Below, piece after piece: positions 31,053 through 49,697 of a stretch of DNA of 64,000 nt. Numbering within the stretch: the stretch's first letter is position 1; each line of letters starts with the position of its first letter. Under the pieces are notes generated by a model. It was given only the letters and a program-made list of their open reading frames with translations, did no database searches and was not told the origin of the DNA. This stretch comes from Eledone cirrhosa (Eukaryota): contig OZ024745.1 of NCBI GenBank assembly GCA_964016885.1, positions 35,464,001 to 35,528,000 of the forward strand. The letters run 5' to 3'. A program made the position numbers and the translations under genes.

Positions 31053-31277
31053 GGTTTCTGATTTAGACACAAGCCAGGGATTTTGAAGCGAAGGAAATAC
31101 GAGCGAAGGAAATACGATTAAATCAACCCCAGTTCTTGATTAGTACTCTAATTTCTCGATCATGGAAGGATGAAAGGCAAAGATGACCACGTAAATATTT
31201 TACCCCCAGACGTAAAGGGCTGGAAGAAAGCAATCCAAGACACTTTTCCCAAAGATCTACCGATGTTAATGCATCGC
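31053..31277 (-). mobile_element. Diverged SINE copy (further diverged copies near 37595-37705, 40225-40380, 48700-48880)
   Basis: aaggatgaaaggcaaag core plus flanking similarity. Confidence 0.6.
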
Positions 31278-31868
31278 CTTTCAAAGGAGACATTAAATAT
31301 AGTGTACTCCAAAATGGGCTGTCACGTGAGCTGTCATCAAAAATAGGTTTTGTTTCTACCCTACCATGTTAACTTATTGAATGCTGGCACAGATCGGTAG
31401 TCGAATCTGGGAGAAGATATATATTAACCAATCCCAAGAAAATACGTGGTGATAAAAATCGTGGTAGAAGCAACCCAAGCCTTGTCATCTACCCAGTTGA
31501 CAGAACCATACAACTATCAATGATAACAATACCAATAACCACACAAAAAAACCCAAAACAAAAGTATCGATCGATTCTTGCTCTCCTCAGGCATGACACT
31601 AAAAGTTATTCTCCGAGGCGCAAGCCTGGTCAAGAGGGTTTATGGAAGACCATCTGTCCCTCATGTATGCCTGTATCACTCTCTATGCAACCGATGTTGT
31701 CCAAGAGACGGACAAAACCCGATACAATTCGGCATAAGTAGCAATAGCAACAAAAACAACACAAAAAATAAACATGTATATATATATATATATGGTGGCT
31801 GCCAACTCGTTTTCGAGTACGGCCACTACTTTATATCCATGTAGGAGAACCCCTATCGATGCGCTGAA

Positions 31869-31963
<95 letters not shown>

Positions 31964-31996
31964 CATATATACATATATACTTATTTATATAATTAT

Positions 31997-32192
31997 ATAT
32001 TAAAATAAAGTGAGAAAAACTCTTCTTATGGGAGTACAAACAAGCTAGAGAAAACTATATTGTATCTAACCTGGCTTATATATAGTTCTTCTCCATATGA
32101 AACCATGGTAGGGTGATCTATATATAAGCGAGATTAGATAGAATAACTTTTATACTCCCATATTTAGAGTTATTTCTCACTTAATTTTAATA
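31997..32192. repeat. Imperfect fold-back element containing the 3' half of a hammerhead (GAA-ACCATGGT-A, 32099-32110)
   Basis: aagtgagaaa..actct..tatgggagta / tactcccata..agagt..tttctcactt and gcttatatatag / ctatatataagc pair. Confidence 0.65.
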
Positions 32193-33091
32193 TTGCTTCT
32201 CTGACAGATTTGTCTCATTGAGATAGTTTAAGTATTTGAGACTAATTAACCTTTAATTAATATATATATATATATATATAATAATTATAATAATAATTTA
32301 TAATTTATATATATATATATATATATATTTGTGGAAGAGAAAAAAAAGAACTATATTGCATGTGTGCCACATAAACACATACCTAGGCACACATATACTC
32401 GGGGATGCGTCAACATGAACGTTCCTATCACTCTAATTACAACTACGCAACAACTTCCCTATACACACACAAGCACGTGCACACAGAGGAAAACGATAAA
32501 GAGAACTACCTAAATCCATAAATACAAGAAAGAAAAAGAAAGAAAATAAAATATAAATCAATCCATTCATCAATTAATTATGCAATCGATTAGATGATCA
32601 ATTTATTAATCAATTAATTGTTTAATCAAAGAGATGAATATTTAACTAATTACAAATTTCAGAAATGAAATATAGCACATGTGTGTATGTATATTGATAG
32701 AATGGCCTTCGTAAAGCGAAAGAGTATTTATTACAACACAAGATTTCATATTAAAAATATTGTGAAACGAATAATAAAAAAGAAATGTGCTAAGGTTAAA
32801 CAGGAGAAAAGAACGTTTTGTATTTAGTCAATCAATTTGGAAATAAACAGCTTAGTGTAGGTTGCTAAAGAATACTCCCCTCATTTATATATACATACAT
32901 ACAAGAGAGATGAACACTAATATAAACATACATGTGTTCGAATTGTAAAGGACCAGGTTTGCTAGGGTGAAAAAATACTAACTACAGCATTATATTAGTG
33001 TTCATCTCTCTTGTATATTCAATTATATTACACGGCTCGGAAAAGCTTTTTTCTTAGAACTATTTAATTATAAGAGACTATTTTGAGTTTC

Positions 33092-33114
33092 TAACTCAGT
33101 ATATATATACATAC

Positions 33115-33172
<58 letters not shown>

Positions 33173-33193
33173 GTATATGCCACCTGAGTATCA

Positions 33194-33291
<98 letters not shown>

Positions 33292-33292
33292 A

Positions 33293-33335
<43 letters not shown>

Positions 33336-33360
33336 TTGTATATATATATATATATATATT

Positions 33361-33403
<43 letters not shown>

Positions 33404-33496
33404 CAGGAAAGAAGGTTTACATGGTTTGCTATACAAAAAAGTTTTTAATCACATAGCTTACATTTGTTTCACTTAACTCAGTATATATATACATAC

Positions 33497-33580
<84 letters not shown>

Positions 33581-33602
33581 GTATATGCCACCTGAGTATC
33601 AG

Positions 33603-33633
<31 letters not shown>

Positions 33634-33662
33634 GCATATATATATATATATATACTTGTATA

Positions 33663-33700
<38 letters not shown>

Positions 33701-33834
33701 CATATATATATATATATATACTTGTATATATATATATATACTTGTATATATATATATATATACTTGTATATATATATATATATATATACTTGGATATATA
33801 TATATATATACTCATACTCAGGTGGCCTATACAG
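33092..33834. repeat. Direct duplication of a TA-containing cassette (33092-33196, 33474-33604) plus an inverted copy of its end (33809-33834)
   Basis: taactcagtatatatatacatacgtac-(TA)n-ctgtatatgccacctgagtatcagta occurs twice; tactcaggtggcctatacag is inverted. Confidence 0.85.
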
Positions 33835-34675
33835 AGTTATGATGCTTTACTCATTTCCAAAACCCAAACGGCTGTTCACAGGACGGATGAAGGAAATATA
33901 TAATCAATAATTCGTCACCCTAAAGATAACTACTGATAACATTTGAGCATAGTAACATTTCTCGATGTTCGATTACATTTATAAACTATTACATATAAAC
34001 CGATTAGAAAGTCCGGTGACAGCCTCAAATAACCGTAAGACCCTTTGGATGGCATAGGCAGGGCCCTCGTCCTCTATCAGAGTTTCTAAATGGTAAGAAG
34101 GCAATACGTTATACCCGAAACAGAGACAGGACCTGAATGGTTGCAACGGTTTGGTTTTAGAGAAAAACACCAAAGGACCGGATGGTGGAAGTAATAAGGA
34201 TTATGAGTGATTTTAGTACTCGATATTACCAAAATCCCGACGGTTTTAGCCCAAACAACAGTTCACCTTCACAAAATATCGCTCATTCTGAATCAAGTCC
34301 ATTTACAAGGACAGATTTATAGTGTCTGAACACAAAACCAAATAGTTTCAAACTACGATCACTGACTTATTCGCTCTCTCACCCAATCTCATTTCATTCA
34401 TTCATTATCTTCATCGCTGAGTTTTTCCGCTGCATTTTCTGTTTGTCTGTCATTAATGCATATTCATATACATGGATAATGAGATAGAAAAACGACGAAA
34501 TTCGCTTATAAAACGCTTACACCTTCAGTTTCAACGAAGAGACTGATGATAAAACGAGTGAAAGATAGAGAAAGATCGTGAGAAATATATATATATATAC
34601 ATATATATATGTATACATATATATATATATATATATACATATATACATACATGCACACACACACGCATATATATA

Positions 34676-34932
34676 TAACGAAGGAAATGTGGTAAGGAAC
34701 CAGATGGACCATAACGCACCAAAGTTTTCAATACTTAGTGTAGTAGAGTGGGTAATAGGAACGAGTAGGACCCCGACGGGTGTGCTCATTCTGGACTAGT
34801 CCAGAATTAGCCGTCAAAACGGCTTGAGCTCAGCCGTCGGGTCCTACTCGTTCCTATTACCCACTCTACTACCCTAAGTATTGAGTACTTTGGTGCGTTA
34901 TGGTCCATCTGGTTCCTTACCACATTTCCTTC

Positions 34933-34936
<4 letters not shown>
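34676..34936. repeat. Fold-back element (~112-bp arms) with a 20-bp perfect palindrome at the junction
   Basis: 34676-34788 vs 34825-34936; attctggactagtccagaat at 34788-34807. Confidence 0.9.
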
Positions 34937-34969
<33 letters not shown>

Positions 34970-34999
34970 GTGTGTGTGTGTGCATGTATGTATATATGC

Positions 35000-35046
<47 letters not shown>

Positions 35047-35098
35047 CTCTTTTACCTGTTCCAGCCATCCGGCTGAGGCCATGTGGGGCACCGCCCTT
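35047..35098 (-). mobile_element. Extremely 5'-truncated copy (3' terminus only) of the LINE at 7370-7697
   Basis: Reverse complement aagggcggtgcccca-catggcctcagccggatggctggaacaggtaaaagag matches 7642-7695. Confidence 0.88.
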
Positions 35099-35809
35099 AT
35101 AAATATATATATATAAAGAGAAAGAGAGAGAGAGAGAGAGAGTGAGGGAGAGAGAGAGAGAGAGGGAGGGCGAGAGAGAGAGAAAGAGAGAGGTGGAAAG
35201 AGGGACTGACAGAGACGAGAGCCTAAGGGAAGCTTACCGTTCAGATGAGAGATAGACTTCGTACGAGAGATCTAATCCTTATCTGATAAGAATGTCACAA
35301 CAAAACAATTCATTTCACACTTACACACATATACTATATTCACATAGAAATACACAGTCACACAGAAACTCCCTCACACACAAACACGATTGCATGCACA
35401 CAAGCATATCTGTATACATACACACACATTTGCAAACGCACAGCCACGTACATGCACACATACAGAAATACGTAAACATATTCATGCGCACATATTTACT
35501 GAGCACGTACACATTCATACGATTATTTACGAACATATACATATAAGTACATGAATATACACCGATACACGATAACACAAACATATACATAAATATATGT
35601 ATACACACATTGAGGTAACTTAAGCTTTATTCATGATTGTGTTGTATGTTGCGTGTGTTTACTCCAGGCAGTGCAATGAATAACTTCTATTTTGCATATC
35701 TAAGCATTCAAGTACATTTGGATCCATATCTATAAACTAGGTAAACATATATCCACACTCTTACCTACGTACACGCAAATATACTCATACATATAAACAT
35801 ACACACGCA

Positions 35810-35855
<46 letters not shown>

Positions 35856-36155
35856 CACAAACACACATACACACACATTAAGAATATGCATAAACATGTT
35901 CACGTAGTCTAAATAAATGTATGTAGTTCTGCAAAGCATTGCCACCAGTATCTTTTTATTCACATATATTTGCTTCTCTCAGCATTCAAATACATTGGGA
36001 TTAAAGTATTCTAAAGAAACTATACTTTATGTTGACACACATGATAAACAGACAGTGCAAAAGATAATACATGATATAATAGAATATAACGTAACAAATT
36101 ATCTATAATATAGATTTTGCATGAATATGTTACATATGTATATATATATATATAG

Positions 36156-36336
36156 TAATAATTGTTTCTACTTTTGGGAACAAGGCCAGCAATTACCCAT
36201 TACATTACTGGTACTTTATTTTATCGACCCCGTAGGATAAAAGGCAAAGCTAACCTCGGCGGGATTTGAACTCAGAATGGAAACCCCGTAACTCTATGCG
36301 TCAAAGCATGGCGTCCGACCCTCTAGCGATACTGCC
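36156..36336 (-). mobile_element. tRNA-derived SINE copy
   Basis: Reverse complement of the 12414-12592 family. Confidence 0.85.
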
Positions 36337-36441
36337 TTTATATATATAGTAATAATAATAAATTTGAAGACTGAAATCCAAAGAGGGCTCGATAAGGATA
36401 AATATATATCAAATATATAAGAACCGTAGAGCAAATATTTA

Positions 36442-36485
<44 letters not shown>

Positions 36486-36548
36486 ATAAAATAAAATAAA
36501 ATAAAATAACAGGAGGCTGGACAGGTGTAAATCCTTGAAAGGTTTATT

Positions 36549-36606
36549 ATACTATGACCATTTCAATGACCAGGTTCCATATGAATCCGGTGATATCATC
36601 AGGTAT
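36549..36606 (-). ncRNA. Type-I hammerhead ribozyme candidate
   Basis: ATAC-CTGATGA-T-ATCACCGGATTC ATATG GAACCTGGTCAT-T-GAA-ATGGTCAT-A-GTAT. Confidence 0.65.
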
Positions 36607-37483
36607 TGGAATATAACAAAGGAATATGTAAAAAGCCATGGGTCCGAAAAAATCAGAGACAAAGACAAAGAGGACGACTGAGCAACTAGCTGCCTTCATC
36701 TCGGCCAGTCACCCTCAAAGTTATTTACCTTTATTAATTTTTTTATTATTTCATTAATGTATATATATATTTTTTTAAATTATTTTATTAATGTATTTTT
36801 ATCAATGTATTCTATCTTTTATATTTGTATTTTATCTTTGTATCCTGCTTTTATTATTTTTTTGTAACTTTCCTTACTCAGGTCATTATGCACCCCATAC
36901 CCACCTAAAAACCATACTACTTATAACCCGGACTAACTGGGACTTTAAAATAATTTTGGTCTATTTGCACTTTTCATTGGGTTGCTACCTTCGACTTGTG
37001 TGGTGGCTTCTCCCGGCTGCGCGCTGGGCACTCGGAAAGTTCAGCCTTCCTTGAGTGCTCGGAAAAATAAATTTCTCCTCTTTCGGTAAACGAAATTACT
37101 CGGAGCGGATGCTTTGCCCCGGTCCCACCGCGCCGCCTGTTTTGGCCGCCATATTATACTTATACCTATAGACTCCAGGTTTAGGCATAACTATTAGCTG
37201 TATCATGCCTCTACTGGCACGTAAATAAACCCCACATGCGTGATTTAATAATATTCGTTAGGTATAGATGGTGCCTGTCGAAATTGTGGAGTTCCCGCTA
37301 GCGCTCCCGGGGCCTAAGGTAGCTACGTTCCTAGAGTACTCTAAAAAATTAATTTCCATTTCTTTCGATGGACGATCACGCGTGCCTGCTTGCAAATGTT
37401 TTGAAACTCACAACACATTAACACACACCCATACAGACCATGCACCCCGCCATATTAACACACACCCATACAGACATACCCCT

Positions 37484-37524
<41 letters not shown>

Positions 37525-40037
37525 TGTATACTCAGCTATTCACAGTCATATTCAAAATACCAAACATATTTGTAGGAAATGTATAGTTCAAACAATTTAG
37601 GCAGAAAACTATCAGTTTTTCAGGAAGGGATAAGTCAATTCTTTATTCTATCGACCTCAGAATGATGAAAGACAAAGTTGACTTTGGCTGGATTTGATTT
37701 CGGAAGGCAATCCCTGGAATAAATTAGTAAACGTGTATGTCTATATACTTTCATATTCATCATAGAGATATTGAACTTACAATATATATGTTACTTGTGT
37801 GTATTTCTGTCTATTTACCAAGAATCCAAAATAATTCCATAATGATAATCATATAAGCTCTTTAAAATTACTGCAATATTTGGTTTTGTGAAGACGGCTG
37901 GCTTAGTGAATATGTTGTTTGGTTCATGTTTGTTAGGTCAGTAGTTCTATTTTCAGCATTCTGTATTTGAGAGAGACACTTTACTTCTCCAGTTCACTCA
38001 GCTGGCAAAATCTGTTGTACCTGTAACTCAAAGTGCCGGCCTCGTCGCACAACGTTATGCTATTTGCCTCTAAAGATTACGTTCAAGGTGCACATGTCTT
38101 TGGAATGACGAGACACTTGCACACTAATTTCATGGCAAGAGTATTCCATTGTTCAAACAATGGAAAGCTCGTCGTCAGACTCGACAGATGTTTAATATAC
38201 ACACATACATATGTTTACGTTTGAATTTCTTAAGCAACGGCCATTGTCACACATAAAAACATTAGTGAGAAACGTACGAGACAGCGATTTTTTGTTAAAT
38301 CTTTGCACGATTCGGTTCTGAATATAACTGTTTTTTTGTACAGCATAGTGATGGAATGTGTAAAGAAATGAAAAATTCAAAACTAAATAACAAAATATCA
38401 TGTTGTAAAGAGAAACTCAACACGCCTCATCTTATGCCTTTATTTTAAACATATGTTTTACTGTATTCTATTGTATGATAATATATAAAATTTAATTTCG
38501 CAGCATATGCAAATTGTAAATTTATATTCAGGAAACAAACATGTAATTTTTATCTGCTGCAAATCTGGAAGCAAGTAACTCAAACATACTGTTTATAACA
38601 TGCTCAGTCTGTGATTGTCATCGTCAATTGAAAAGAAATCACTTCACCTGTACTATACAAGTATATGTGGAAGGGATTGCTACTATTAAAACAAAAAACA
38701 GACAGATGCGTAGGATGCAGACTTCAATTAGATACATTACTTAATCTTTAGAGAACACAGTTTGATAAAATTACTATTAATATATAATTATCTATTATCA
38801 ATAAATAAATCACTTAATATCATTACTAAGTAACAGATTAGTGGAAATGTCTATATCAACAGTGCTGGTGTTGGTGGTGGAGTTTTCTATAGTGGTATGA
38901 TCCCTAGCCTGATTTGGCGTGGAGTGTGTGGACAATGTAGCAAAATAACAGGCTTACTAATTTTCTTAGTGTGGTCAGAGCAAGAAGTATCAAAATCTAG
39001 CTAGCAAAACTGAACACTGAAATTATGTTATTTAAGAAAATGAAGACCTAAACTGAGAGAAGGTTTGCATATTGTATGGTTGGCTTAAAGCGTTAAATAT
39101 CCAACTTACAATCCTGCATATATAAGAACTTACATCTGTCTACGGCAAGAAATAATGTTGCTTTCAACGAATAATTGTACACACATCCTCCGACTTAAGA
39201 AGTGAGAAGACTATTCTGAAATGAATCAAGTATTGTCTTTGTATGTGTGAGTCCGTGTCTGTATAGTTTGGAACGCCGTCGTATCCGACGGCGAATGTTC
39301 CAGTAATTCAAAGGAAGCAAAAAAAATATACTCATGAATTTATCAAGCAGGTGCTTCAGCATGTCGCCGCTCCCATGACGCAGTTCACAGGTGAGTTATA
39401 ACTCAATTTTGTCTACGGGATAGACTGGAGCAATGTGAAATATAATTAAAGCCTGCCAAAAACACACAACGCCTTCTTTATGATTATGGGTCGAACACTC
39501 TAACCATTCAGTCATGTGCTTTCACAAATCAATTATTAATGGAACGTAAAATCACAAGTAATATATCGCAATCTCATCCACCTTCATCTAAATTCATACA
39601 TACATCTGTCTGCGCAAGAAATAATGTTGTTTTCAAAATAGAAGTATAAACAGAAAAAAGTTAATTGTGGAGAGAGAAGTTTGCACCGAATGTTTTCTTT
39701 ATTTATAGTAGCAATTTGACATCCCATTCAATAACTTCAATGGTTTAAGATCAGTTATAGATACAATATTGACATGTATAATTGCCAAGATATTTCCGTT
39801 GGAAATATCAATAAAATATATCATAACTATAAAGTAACAATATATGTTGACACATGCATAGAAACACACACACACACACAGAGACGCACACACATATATA
39901 TATATATGGGTGTATGCTTGTATGTATGTATAAAGTATTATATATATATATATATTTATATATGCGTGTTTGCTTGTATGTATGTATAAAGTATTATATA
40001 TATATATTTATATATGCCTGTGTGCTTGTATATATGT

Positions 40038-40112
<75 letters not shown>

Positions 40113-40506
40113 CATGATGTCGTAGTAGCACATGCTAGTATATTATCTCGGGAGATATCTTTACACATATTAGAGAGAGATAATATATTTTATTTCATTT
40201 TATTTTCTATCAGTATACAGAAGTGAGAAGCGGCGAATCGTTGTTAGAACATCCGATAGAATGCTCTGCAGTATTCGTTTCGGTTCTCTAATCGAGTTCT
40301 AATCTCCGAGGTTCCCTTTTCCTTTCATCCATTCGAGGTAGATAAAAAAAAATACCAGTTAAGTACAGGGGTCGATTTCTCCTCATATACCTTTTGAACT
40401 TCCTTTCCTCTCACTTTCTATCCTTCTCTGGAAGAAATCTACTGGGCTCCACCCGGATTAAAAATGCCCTACAAATGCCGTTTGTTAATACGACACCATC
40501 AACAGT

Positions 40507-40570
<64 letters not shown>

Positions 40571-42517
40571 GAGTAGCTATTCAATGTTCACCATGTCAGT
40601 GTGTGAATATGTATGTGTTCATTCACACATATTGTAGTGTATCGTAAAACATCTAGTTCGACTCCATTCGCGTCACTCTTAAGTTAGTAGCCTGTTGAGG
40701 CCTGGAATACTGACAAGAAAATATTTCAACCTGTGTAGTTCATCTTTGAATTTGTAAAGGTTTAGTGCAAGATTGTGACAACTGATAAAAATCAACAATG
40801 CGGGTTTTAACATTTTCTAATTTTCTAATTGTTAAGTCCTGATAGATTTCATGATTTATTTTACATGTTCTGTGTCTGTATATTGAATTCAGCATGATGA
40901 AAAAGTTGGGTTAAGAAGTTCGCTTAACAAACATTAGAGCATGCGATTGATCTCACTGCGTGGCAATGTGGAGGAATATCATTTACCATAGTTTCAGGTC
41001 AACCTATGCTGTGTGAATGAAACTAAGCAGAGGTAAACTGCTTGGAAGCTCGTCAGATGGACTGTACCTGTAATTCAAAAAGCCAACAGTTTGTCAAATA
41101 TGTGTCACACTGAATCTCACTGCGAATTACTTTAAGCTTTCAAATGGATTTAGATTACTCAACCCCTTACACGTTATAATATCGCTCTTCTGTTAATCAA
41201 ATAACCAGAACATTTATCGTCGAAACCGACAGAAGTGTCTCTGTATAGAATGTTGGTCTGTATTTTAATATTTGAAAAGCTTTCTTAGTTAATCTAATTT
41301 TTTGTTTAGTAGAATTCTATACAGAATGATAGCGCTGTCAACCAATGTTTGTCTAATTTAATTTTTTGTAATTTAAAAACTAATCTTTATGCAAACAGCA
41401 ATCGGTTTTCAAAAGATTTTTGGAATGAAAATATTCCATAACGCAAGTAAGTTATGAGATATGTGATCTAATTAAAAATATAGTACAAAGGCAGCGAAGG
41501 CGAGTTTCTTAAAAACTGCAAAGTTGTGAGATTTTAAAAACATATTAGTTCATATTGGAGGACGATTTCTAATACTATAAAGTATATGTTTAAAGATATC
41601 CAACTATCATTGAGTTTTATTCGATCGTAGTAAATGAGACCCAGCCGCTTCCTCTTCACACTGGTCACCGCAGAGACCTCAGTCGTTACCTGACTCCGTA
41701 CTGCCGTGTGCCTCTGTAAAATCGGGACGCCAGCAACCCGTCTGATGAAGATAGGGTGGCTGTTGTATCGGGTGCCACTGGCCATTGTACGCGGAAATGC
41801 TTTTGTTCTCTTCCGCGGGGCGCAACCGAAACATGACCCGCTATAGACATAGAACCTACCATCCAGTCCCCCCTCCCCCCTCTTTCTTCCTTGGCCTAAT
41901 AGTTCTTGTTTTTTTTCTCTTTATGGCATTTATTGTCATTTCCTCTACTTTCCTTTTCAGCCAGATCTCCCCTTCTTTACTCAATTTTGTTTTTATCGTT
42001 TCTTTTTTCATATTCCCATCGTTATATGTTTAAATATCCACATATTAAATTATTGTCACGTAAAACGAAATAAAAAACCACACTTAGCTATACGAAGAAC
42101 TAGAATATTCAACGGCTGTTTATATAATAATTTCAAATCTTTGCTTTCCGTTAAGATTACATCAGTTGTGATATAATTACTGTAAAATAATTTATAATTG
42201 GATAACTTATAATCCTAACCTATTAATAAAGAGACAAGAGGATGGTTAGGGTGTGTGTATGGGTGAGAGACAGATAGGTAGAGAGTGAGAGAGTGTGTAT
42301 GGGAGGGAGAGGAATGATAGATATATAGGTAGGTGTACATAAGTCTCGAATGAGAGACAGGAAGAGGAGGGGAGAGAGAGAGAGAGAGAAAGAAGGAGAA
42401 AGAACGAGAGAACAAGGGAGGTATATATTATCCGGAAGACATCATCATTAACTCTATCACTTATAAGGTTTTTTGAAAATCCTTCTTTTAAAAAACAAGT
42501 ACAAACGTTCATAAATA

Positions 42518-47840
<5,323 letters not shown>

Positions 47841-48967
47841 ACAAACACTCACACAGACGCACATATATAAATGAATACATTCATCATATGCACGCACACA
47901 CACACACATTATATATATATATATTTACACACACTTGCATGCATACATATGTGTGTATGTGTGCGTGCGTGTGCGTGTGTGTGTATGCTTTTCTCTGCGT
48001 GTACTTCTCTCTGTATATAGAGCTATAGTGAACTATATTGGTAGATATATACTTACAATCTATAACTTTATTTTACTATTTTATTTCTTATCGTAGTTCG
48101 AAAAATAAAATGGGCGGGAGGTGGTAAAAATCAGTAGAGAGCCGAACAAAATAGCATGTTATTCGACATATGTTAGCAAATATTTTGTATTAACACAGAG
48201 ACATCAATAAAACTATATAGTCATAGATACATGTTCAGGCGTGTTGAGTGGAATCAAGGTAGTGAAAGGATAACATGAGTAGGCATGTCATTGAACAATC
48301 CTTTGAGCGTTGCTTTGTTTACAGTTTCAGTAGTGGAAACATTGCAAATGTTGAAATAATAGAGCGTAGAACAATATAAAACACCAACGATTGAAGTATT
48401 GCTATTGTGTTTCTGTGCTTTATACACATCTTTCTTCATCTTCCCTCTTTATTTTATTGTTATTTACCTATTCTGGCTGTTAGCTTTAGACATCAACATA
48501 ATGATTATCGTGTACCGTTCACTTTTATGATCACACCTGATCGAGAGTTCTGTATAATAATTACTTTCATTTATCTAGAGATCAAATGGAGCTCTAGATA
48601 GGTTTCCAGCTCGCGTACGAGTTTCGATTCCTGTTGAACATAATTCACTTTATTTTCTATTAAAGTCTTGTAAACGACAAAAATCACATAAAATCCGGCA
48701 TATCATTTGCTAGAAGTTTGGAATAGTAGATGGATAATTTGATTTAATTACCACAATTACATGACTGGTATCTTGATTTATTGACTCAGAAAGATGAAAT
48801 TCGAGGTATGTCCCAATGTAAAAGCCAGAAAAAATTCTGTAAATAAATACGGTCGATACTCTAAAGATTCTGCGTCGCTCAAAATTGAAAACAAAGGCAG
48901 TAAAAGAAATGGTAAATGGATTTGAAATATAAATAGTTGTTGTTTGCGTAATTATGTCTACCAGCAG

Positions 48968-49085
48968 AGGCGTGACGTAGTGGTTAGATAGTTAGATTTG
49001 CTATTGTCATGTTGTGAGTTCGATCTCCAGACCGGGCTATGCGTTATGACCTTGAGCAAGATACTTTACTTTACTTTGCTCTTTC
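48968..49085 (+). mobile_element. Second tRNA-derived SINE type (diverged)
   Basis: A-box-like tgacgtagtgg, B-box gagttcgatctcc, then ccttgagcaagatacttt core. Confidence 0.6.
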
Positions 49086-49651
49086 CCCCAGTGGTTGCGA
49101 TGGGTTGATAATATTAACAATTGGAAAGACTTTACGAGTCTGATTTTACGAGTTCCACCTCACTGGGTGAATGATATCTACAATCTTGGTTATTCTTTAA
49201 AAACATATCTACAGAATAGATTCGCGTTCAAATGCCATTAAGAAACGGTTTTCAATATCATTCTAATTTGGGATGTGACTCTATAAATTAAATACCAGTA
49301 ATACATTCGCTCTATTTAATAGACTACATCCGCTAGAGTTATGATAATAATAAGCAAAAAGAAAACAATACTCCATTTGTGTCTTAGAGCAGAAATTGTT
49401 ACCGAGGTAGACTTTATCCGATCACAGTTAAAAATACTCACAGCGAAGAGACGTAATATATATATATACGATTTGTTAATATATCGTATTTTTGTTAATA
49501 TATCGTATTTTTACTCCAATAATTTGTTGAGTGCTTTAATTCAGTTATAAAAATATTTGCTTGTTGTATCCTAACAATTTAAATAGAACTTCTACATATA
49601 TATATATATATATATTGGACGGATAGGTGTCCTCATCTTGTTTTGTTGTTA

Positions 49652-49697
49652 ACACAACGTTTCGGCTGATGTACTCTCCAGCCTTCATCAGGTGTCC
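49652..49697 (-). ncRNA. Minimal type-I hammerhead typical of Penelope pseudo-LTRs
   Basis: GACAC-CTGATGA-A-GGCTG GAGAGTACAT CAGCC-GAA-ACGT-T-GTGTT; the element ends at a TA tract. Confidence 0.8.

Noticed and set aside
33979-34300. Gag-like zinc-knuckle remnant (KPLQPFRSCLCFGY)
   Set aside because: Too short and degenerate to support.
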